Source of the DNA: an uncultured virus (IMG/VR IMGVR_UViG_3300013137_000014)
Lineage: Duplodnaviria > Heunggongvirae > Uroviricota > Caudoviricetes
DNA: 64,000 nt
Virus record (IMG/VR): IMGVR_UViG_3300013137_000014
Strand: one strand, 5' to 3'
Shown here piece after piece: positions 39,646 through 47,600 of the stretch (positions are counted from its first letter, which is position 1; each line of letters starts with the position of its first letter). The translations under genes and the position numbers were made by a program. The notes under the pieces are model-generated. The model worked only from the letters and a program-made list of their open reading frames with translations, did no database searches and was not told the origin of the DNA.

Positions 39646-39846
39646 ATCTGTAAAGGAGAATACAATGCTTGTAAAGCTTGAAAATACAGATCAATTACAA
39701 AAGTTTGTTTATGATCAATTTGATTCTACATTAGAGACAATGAATGGAATGAAAATTGAATATATTGAAAGAGAACCAGAGGAAGAAATTCCTGAAATAA
39801 TTAAATGCTATAGTTTGAATTTAAAAAAGGGAAGGTAAACCTACTT

Positions 39847-40068
39847 ATGAGAGCCATATTTTTAATTTTTGGATTGACTCTTTTACTGCACGAAAATTTA
39901 TGGTTGTTTGTAGTATTAGTGGTTTCTGTAATATGCTCTCATCTAAAAATCTCTATGTTTGTAATGTTAATATCTATAATGGTATTAACTACAAGTAGTG
40001 TTGAAATATTATTAACTTTAATTCTATATGTATTTGCATCGTATGAATTTAAATATAATATGATATGA
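39847..40068 (+). CDS. small hydrophobic membrane protein
   Basis: 73 aa, almost entirely hydrophobic. Confidence 0.5.
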   Translation: MRAIFLIFGLTLLLHENLWLFVVLVVSVICSHLKISMFVMLISIMVLTTSSVEILLTLILYVFASYEFKYNMI

Positions 40069-40294
40069 GAAAAACTTATGGTATATGATTATTATATATA
40101 ATCAATAATTGAATTAATGGAACTATCGAGAGATTATGCTATTTGTGATTAATTCACAAACAATCTCTCGATAGTTCTCCAGATAATCTTAGAATACTCT
40201 GTTTTACAATTTTACTATCATGAATCCAATTTTTTATTACCAAATTTTCTTAAAAAAAGGATAAATTTTAAAATATTTAGGTGGTTTTCAAATT

Positions 40295-41926
40295 ATGTCA
40301 ATATCTGCTATAGAAAGTATAAGTACTGCTGCAATGTTTGCAGGAGGAATATCCTCTAGTTTACCTAATTCAGAAGATTTTATAAACAAAGTAGGTCCAA
40401 TTGATGATATAATTGGATTACCCCCAGCAGCTTACTACAGCAATCCATCTATATTAAATAGAGTGTTGGCATCTATACCTATGTTACTGATATTTCCAGC
40501 AATGACACTGGAAGGAGATTTAACTAGTTCCAATGATGAAGGATTAAAATTATATGATTTGGATTTTCATAAAGGATGGGATCAATATAAAAAAATATGT
40601 AACTCATGTGACATTAAAGTTTCTTCCAGCTCGAATCCACCTATAAGAGTGGCTTTTCTACATGAAGGACCTATCTCAGAATCTTTCAGTAATGAATATT
40701 CCGAAAGTATGATGGAACAAATATCTGGTATGGCGTCACCAATGCTAAAGGAATTAAAATATAGTACAGGAGCATCCTCAATACAAGGCGCTATCGACAA
40801 GGTTAAACAAGGAATAAAAGAGGGTAAAGGAAAAGGAGCTATTGAAAATTTTTTTAGTAATGTTGTGGGTATGGGACTTAGTGCAGCGGGATCTGCTGCA
40901 GGATTTGTTGAAAGATTTGTGTCGGCTGCCCCAAAAGGTGCGCAACTATCTAAATTATTAACTGGATCAAATATAGACTTTCCTTTAATTTGGGCAGGGT
41001 CTAGTTTTTCTCCATCATATTCAATAACGGTTCGTCTGACAAATACTGATCCTCTAGATGATAATTTATATGAAGAAAGAATAATTAATCCATTAGTTAG
41101 GTTATTAGCTCTTGGTGTTCCAACATCAGATTCAAAAGGAACATATACTTATCCTCTTTTACTAAGAGCGAGTTGCCCAGGATTATTTAGATTAAATGCT
41201 GGGGCAGTAACATCATTTGAAATAGTTAAAGGACTAGACGGATCAGATATTGGATATCATCAGAGACCAGGATCAATTGACGTTAGAATTACATTCATTG
41301 ATTTATATTCTAGTTTAATTGCGATGATGAGTGAAGAGGATAGAACTGGTTCCGATTTAAATAGACCAACACTATCACGATATATAAATAATTTAAGAGG
41401 AAAAGCATTTTTCAACAATCCATATGATTTACAATTACCAACTGTAACAGATAATTCGATATCATTTAATAGTGAAGGTAAAAGTTTTGGTAATAATGTA
41501 CCAATATACAGTGGTCATAAACAACCTAAAGATAATAATCATTATAACAATAATGTAGGGTTGGGTGGTCCATCTAGAGTATTACCTACTTCAGATGAAA
41601 TGTCTTCCTCCGCTAATTTGCAAAGTCAATCTTCTAATACAACTATAGATGATTATTTAAGAAACTCAGAGATGTCTAATAATCCAAGTACTATAAAAAA
41701 TAGTTGGGAAAATGTAGATTTGACAGAAGAATCTTTTGTAGATATGAATGAAATATATGATAATCTTTTAATTGATGGCATATCGGCTGAGTGGTATGCA
41801 GCTGGATCAGAAAAATGTCTTTTAACACCTGTAGATACGAATGGAATATATGATAATCTTTTAACTGATGGCATATCGGCTAAGAGTTATGCAATTGGAT
41901 CAGAAACTTGTCTTTTAACACCTTAA
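40295..41926 (+). CDS. putative tail-tube-initiator/baseplate protein with a C-terminal 31-aa duplication
   Basis: PLIW..S.F...YSITVRL, CPGLF, P..IDVRITF.DL; late-type motif upstream. Confidence 0.5.
   Translation: MSISAIESISTAAMFAGGISSSLPNSEDFINKVGPIDDIIGLPPAAYYSNPSILNRVLASIPMLLIFPAMTLEGDLTSSNDEGLKLYDLDFHKGWDQYKKICNSCDIKVSSSSNPPIRVAFLHEGPISESFSNEYSESMMEQISGMASPMLKELKYSTGASSIQGAIDKVKQGIKEGKGKGAIENFFSNVVGMGLSAAGSAAGFVERFVSAAPKGAQLSKLLTGSNIDFPLIWAGSSFSPSYSITVRLTNTDPLDDNLYEERIINPLVRLLALGVPTSDSKGTYTYPLLLRASCPGLFRLNAGAVTSFEIVKGLDGSDIGYHQRPGSIDVRITFIDLYSSLIAMMSEEDRTGSDLNRPTLSRYINNLRGKAFFNNPYDLQLPTVTDNSISFNSEGKSFGNNVPIYSGHKQPKDNNHYNNNVGLGGPSRVLPTSDEMSSSANLQSQSSNTTIDDYLRNSEMSNNPSTIKNSWENVDLTEESFVDMNEIYDNLLIDGISAEWYAAGSEKCLLTPVDTNGIYDNLLTDGISAKSYAIGSETCLLTP
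41738..41923 (+). repeat. 93-bp imperfect tandem duplication
   Basis: Copies at 41738-41830 and 41831-41923. Confidence 0.9.
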
Positions 41927-41941
41927 CAAGGAGAGATTAGT

Positions 41942-43237
41942 ATGTGTGATTGTGAAGAGTTAGAACTATATATGGATAATAGTAATGAGAGTTTGATGAA
42001 GATGGCTGATGATGGAATTGCTGCCGCTAAAAAACCGCCTAAATCTGGTAGTATTAAAGATTGGGGAAGTAAGGCAAAATTCTGGCCAAAAAAGTCTAAT
42101 ATAGCGGAAATTTTTAATGAAAATCAACAAGCCTTAACTAATACTAGTTCCGCCTTAAGTAACTTAAATTCTGTAGGTACTTCGTTTTCTGGAATGCTAA
42201 CGGCAGTCGCTAATAGACCAGATATATTTAATAATGAAACTAACTTTTCTGGTTTTATGAGCTCCTTCGATACTGGTATAACTAATATGGGTTCAGCATT
42301 AACCAATTTAAATGGTATGATTAACAATTTGGGACCTGTAAACAATATGTTATCTATACAAGAAATAGGCACAGAAATGGGGGGATCAGTTACAGATTTA
42401 TTGGGTCAGGCATGTCAAATGCCCTCTACGATGGGATCAATTTTGCAACCTTTAGGTAATATATTATCTATATTAGAAACAACAAATCCTAGTATTATGA
42501 ATGATATAAGTAGTATTGCAAATAAAGTATCTAGTACCTTATTATCCCCTATAAATAGTATAATAAATACAACAGCAGGATATGCTAAAACAATAGTAGA
42601 TTCTGGTGTGAATTTAACTGGAGGATTATTGACTCCTACTTTATCTTTAACATCCGGTATGAATGGAATTGTGAATGGTGTAAGCGGATTACTAGGAGGA
42701 TGTTCTCAGCTATTAAATTCAGGTGCTGCTTCTCATATAGATTTAATGAGTAATTGTTGTAATGGATCTTTGAGTTGTCTTGATACTTTGCAGGAAATCT
42801 TAACATGTGGTTTGGGATCGTTAGGTTCTACAACTATTAAAAATGGGGAATCCGTGTCATCGGTTTTTTCCGTAATGGATGGTTTAGGCCTTAATGTACA
42901 AACATCCATTAATGATACTATAAATCCTCTTCTTACACAGGCATCTTCTGATTTTATAAAATCTGTTTCTGAACAACCTCAAGTACTGGCAACCTTAAAT
43001 AAGGAAATTGCTACATCTACAAAAGATACAATTGATGTATGGGGATCAAAATCAAAATTCTTTCCTCCAGCGAAACCTAAAATAGGTAATACTATTATAT
43101 CTAAAGAATTACCAGATTGGGTAACTTTGAGTGGAGATGCTCCTAAAGATTTACCAGATGAAGTTATATTAAGTGGAGGTAAAAAGATTCCTAAGCATAT
43201 TGATTCATGGGGATCAACATCTAGATATTTCGGCTAA
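41942..43237 (+). CDS. G/S/N-rich hypothetical protein with three WGS motifs
   Basis: IKDWGSKAKFWP, IDVWGSKSKFFP, IDSWGSTSRYFG. Confidence 0.7.
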   Translation: MCDCEELELYMDNSNESLMKMADDGIAAAKKPPKSGSIKDWGSKAKFWPKKSNIAEIFNENQQALTNTSSALSNLNSVGTSFSGMLTAVANRPDIFNNETNFSGFMSSFDTGITNMGSALTNLNGMINNLGPVNNMLSIQEIGTEMGGSVTDLLGQACQMPSTMGSILQPLGNILSILETTNPSIMNDISSIANKVSSTLLSPINSIINTTAGYAKTIVDSGVNLTGGLLTPTLSLTSGMNGIVNGVSGLLGGCSQLLNSGAASHIDLMSNCCNGSLSCLDTLQEILTCGLGSLGSTTIKNGESVSSVFSVMDGLGLNVQTSINDTINPLLTQASSDFIKSVSEQPQVLATLNKEIATSTKDTIDVWGSKSKFFPPAKPKIGNTIISKELPDWVTLSGDAPKDLPDEVILSGGKKIPKHIDSWGSTSRYFG

Positions 43238-43260
43238 GTGAGATTTGGAGGATACAGTAA

Positions 43261-43725
43261 ATGGTTGATAAGAATCTACAATATTTGGATTTATATTTAT
43301 CGGAAGGAATTATGGGAAAAGTTGTGGGAGGTTTAGCTGGTATAGTGGGAGGTTTTTTATTAGGAAATAAAGGAGCCTCCTTTTTTAACTCCGCTACAAA
43401 TAATAATCCTTTAGTTTCTCCGATAACTAGAGGATTTGGTACATTAGGTGGAAGTACTATAGGGATGATAGGTGGTGCGGCTTTAGGTGATAAAATTGAT
43501 AACTGGATAAGAGAAAATTTAAAACATACTGCTTTTGGAACTCCGAAAACAACTGATATAATGGAAGAAATGGAAAAGGTCCTTAGTGCTATTAATGATA
43601 AAATCGGAGAATGTTATAAAACTTCAGATCCAAAAGTTTGTAAGAAAAAACTCAATATGCTAAAGAATGTTTTGGAGGATAAGTTACAAAACTTAAGAGC
43701 TAATATGCATGTTGTTCCAAGGTAA
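43261..43725 (+). CDS. glycine-zipper protein with a Cys pair (putative virion internal protein)
   Basis: YLSE-G then GGLAGIVGG and GGSTIGMIGGAALG; ECYKTSDPKVCKKK. Confidence 0.6.
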   Translation: MVDKNLQYLDLYLSEGIMGKVVGGLAGIVGGFLLGNKGASFFNSATNNNPLVSPITRGFGTLGGSTIGMIGGAALGDKIDNWIRENLKHTAFGTPKTTDIMEEMEKVLSAINDKIGECYKTSDPKVCKKKLNMLKNVLEDKLQNLRANMHVVPR

Positions 43726-43732
43726 ATGAATT

Positions 43733-44674
43733 ATGAATAATATTAATGAATTTTTTGAATTATCTCCAACTGGTTTAGAAAATTGGGAAACTGTAGCTGG
43801 ATATAATATAAAATCCAACCAGACAATTGTAGATACAATTAAAGAATTATCAATTAAAGATAAAAGTACAAAAAATATATCTGATATTATATCTAAAGGG
43901 TTGGATAACAGAATAATTATAGTAGGTTTTTTAGATAAAAAATTTAATTTATCTACAATGTTTAAAGATATTAAAAAGTGGATTTCTCATATTGATATTT
44001 TTGGCTTATTAGGAAATGATGAATCAAATAAAATTTTAGGCGTTTTTTCAGTTGATGATAATAAAGTAGCTGTGATATTGGATGACAGTGTAGATTTTTT
44101 GGGAAATAGAACCAGAGATATATTACCAACTCTTACGCATGAACTTATACATTTTTGCGCAGCATACAATGCTAATAAATTTTTAAATACTACAATGTAT
44201 AGTTTTTTATTACCATATTATAAAGATTTATTTTCTAGATTTTCTGTAAAATCTGTCGAAATTGATGATGAGAAACTTAAAAGAGCAATAATTAAAGTTT
44301 GTAAATTAGATACAAAACGACTGAGTTCTAATACACATTTATTGGAAGCTTTTGTGATTTGGGCAAAGTATCTTGAAGAAGAATATGAAAAAAAGGAAGC
44401 TTTTAATATATTAAAATATATGGTATTACCTTATTTAATGTTTATTGAAAAAACGGGTAAAGGTGTTTATCACCAAAGAGCCTTAGTTTCTGTAAAAAAG
44501 TATTATGCTGCATACGAATCTATATTTGATATGTCTTTTAATCAAATATCTGAAATAACGTTACCTGGACAAGAGATTTGTTCAGTGTCAGAAGTAGCTA
44601 GTATAACTAATCAAAATAATCCAGATCCAAGATTGGTCTCAATGATTAAACAATTACCCATGGAGTCTAGATAA
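43733..44674 (+). CDS. putative zincin metallopeptidase
   Basis: TLTHELIH (HExxH). Confidence 0.55.
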   Translation: MNNINEFFELSPTGLENWETVAGYNIKSNQTIVDTIKELSIKDKSTKNISDIISKGLDNRIIIVGFLDKKFNLSTMFKDIKKWISHIDIFGLLGNDESNKILGVFSVDDNKVAVILDDSVDFLGNRTRDILPTLTHELIHFCAAYNANKFLNTTMYSFLLPYYKDLFSRFSVKSVEIDDEKLKRAIIKVCKLDTKRLSSNTHLLEAFVIWAKYLEEEYEKKEAFNILKYMVLPYLMFIEKTGKGVYHQRALVSVKKYYAAYESIFDMSFNQISEITLPGQEICSVSEVASITNQNNPDPRLVSMIKQLPMESR

Positions 44675-47600
44675 TGGTTGAACATAAAAAAGAAGATAAA
44701 ATAGAAAATTTGTCCCAACAAATTGAAGCATTAACTTCCGTCATCAAAACTAATGTAGAATTAATGAAATCTTCCAATTTGATGATGGGTAATGTAACGG
44801 GAGATGTAGTAGATAGAAAAACAGGTAAAAAGAAAATAACAGCTAGGAAAAGGAAGCTAAAGAAACCTTTAGTTGAATCAATAACAGATTTAAATACTTC
44901 TGTAGAAGAATTGTCTGAAGAAGAATCAGGTACATCTGATATACAAGAATCTTTATATGATGTTGATGCAGAAATATCTGCATTAAGAGAAGATAATCTA
45001 GCAAATACTGGATTATTATCCAAAACATATAATGTATTATCAACTGTTGGTAAGGGAACTGCAGGTGCCGCTTTAGGTGTTGGAGAATTCACAGCTAGTT
45101 CCATGACTATGCCTTCTGTTTTTGATGCTAAAGCAGATCTAGAGCAACTTAAAGATAGTATAGTTAAATCAATGAGTTTAGCAATGGGAGGTCCAATTGG
45201 CAGTTATGTTTTAAATTTATCAGGTAATATTTTACAATCAGTTATTGGAGGTATACGTAAAGCTACAGGAGTTGGTGCGGAACAAAATATAGGTGATTAT
45301 CCTACAGAAGAAATGCCTGAATTTGCTACAGGTGGTGTTGTACCAGGTCCTCCAGGTGCTCCGGTTATTATTAAAGCCCATGGTGGAGAAATGGTTGTAC
45401 CTGAAAAAATTAAAACACGGGGAATGGAAGGATTTAATGATAGATTAGATGCACTCATCAAATATGATCAAGCCGATCTTATTAATAATGATAATACATT
45501 AAAAGAGTTAGTACATATTGCTGATATTCTAAATTTTGGTAACAGTATTTTTAGAGAACTAACGGGACCTATAATAGGGAGCTTAAACACAGTAAAAGAA
45601 GGTGTTGTTGATTTAGCTCATAATTCAAAAGAGTATAACAATAGTATTGCTGGTTTCTTAATTTCATTACCAAAATTTATTGTAAAGGATGTATTTATTA
45701 AGGCTTTGGGTAATGATATTTTATGGGAATTGATTGCTAAAAATATTATTAGTAAAGTGTTTTTGCGTGGTGTTGTTTGGGATCAAATAATGCTTCCAGC
45801 TATGGAACATTTTATGGGTAAAAATGCTGGATTCGGGCAAATTACTGCTATGATGGCTGGTGGAGCGGGAATGTTATTTGGTTTACAAAAGTTGGTGGGA
45901 AATAAATCAATAACCTCAATTCTGGGTAATATAATGCCAGATTTTATTTCCAATGGTATAGGCGCCATAAGTCGTACAGCAGGAAATATTATACCTGGAC
46001 ATTTTATTTCTGGTACAGCTAAAACTATTTCTGGTGCAGCTAAAACTCCCGGTTTAATTGGACAAGGCATTGCAGGAGCCGGTAATGTAGTTAGTCAGGG
46101 AGGAAATTTAGCAACTAGTGCTGGTTTATCTGGAATCGGAAGTTCTGCTACAGGAGCCGGAGGAATGTTACAAGGTGTTGGTGGATCATTAGCTGCCAAT
46201 CCTGCCTTAATATTAGGTGGAGCATTTGCTGGTAAAGTAATGTATGATTATTGGCAAGCAAAAAGAGATATTCCATTCCAAACTTTAATGGAAATACGGC
46301 AAATTAGAAAGAATACAGAAGAAACTGCTCAACTATTAGGTGGTAAAGGTTTTGGAGCAATGGATTTTCGCACCAAGCTTGGGCATTTTATGGAAGATCA
46401 ATATGCCTATATGTACGATCCATTAAAGACGATATATAAATACTCCGGAGCAAAAATGCTAACTAAAGGATTACTAGAACATGTATCACGATCTAGTAAA
46501 GATTTAGGTAATTTTGCTGGTAGAAAATGGGGTCGTAGTGAAGCTGGAAAAACAAAAGGTTGGCATCCATTACAAGCGACAGGTAGGGCGTTAAAAAGTG
46601 GAGGAAAGTATTTTACAGGGAGTTGGGGGGAGAATAAAACCAAAACTGCAAAAGAAAGAGGTTCTCTTGAATATCAACAAGTAGATTATTTAGCAAAGAT
46701 ATATAGTGTATTAAGTGGAAATATTTCAGAAAATTTAGAAGTGATAAAACATGATAGCAAGAGTATTTCTAAATATTCAAAAGCAACGGCAAGAGCTACA
46801 ATTAAAGAATATCGTGAGACTAGTTTATTAAGAAGAATGGGTTTACTCGAGAATATGTTCTCAATTCCAATGGCAGCAGGTAAAGCTATTGGAGAGGCCG
46901 CTGTGAGCACTACAGCCAGTGTAGCTGGAGGTGTAGCTGCAGGTGCAGGTGCAGGTAAAGCGCTAAAGTCGGTTACCCGTAGAGTTCCTTCTGGTACAGC
47001 TAAAGCGCTACGGCCGGCTGCCAGTAAAATTTCTTCTGGTGCAGCTAAAGCACTACGGCCGGCTGCCAGTAAAATTCCTTTAATAGGTGGCGCGCTAGGG
47101 GCGGCTGCTCATAAAATTCCTGCAATAGGTGGCATGCTACGGGCGACTGCCGGTAAAGTTCCTTATGTTGCAGCTGCCTTAGCTGTATTTGATGCCATAA
47201 AAAGTAGTGCAGATGCTAATGAAATATTTGATAAAACTGCTACAAATATGCGGGAAAAAATATCTGCTGGATTAGCTGGATTAGTTCAAGGAGCTACCCT
47301 TGGTTTATCAAGCGTATTTATTTCTAAAAAGGATATGGCTGAAGGTATTAGTACTAATGTTGAAAAAATGTCTAATATGGGAGGAATATTCGATATAGGG
47401 GGAGCATATGCAAGGGCTGGTGGTGGTAGTGGTAATATTTGGGAGGATTATTATGGAACAGATAATTTTTATTGGGAACAACGTAAACCTGTAGGTGAAA
47501 TAGTTGATAAAAGTAAACTAAAACCTAGCATTTATACAGGTCCAGAAGCTACAGGATACAAAGTTAATCGGGAAATAGATGGAGGATTATTTTATTCTGA

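Noticed and set aside
41738..41923. DGR TR/VR pair
   Set aside because: The mismatches are not adenine-specific.
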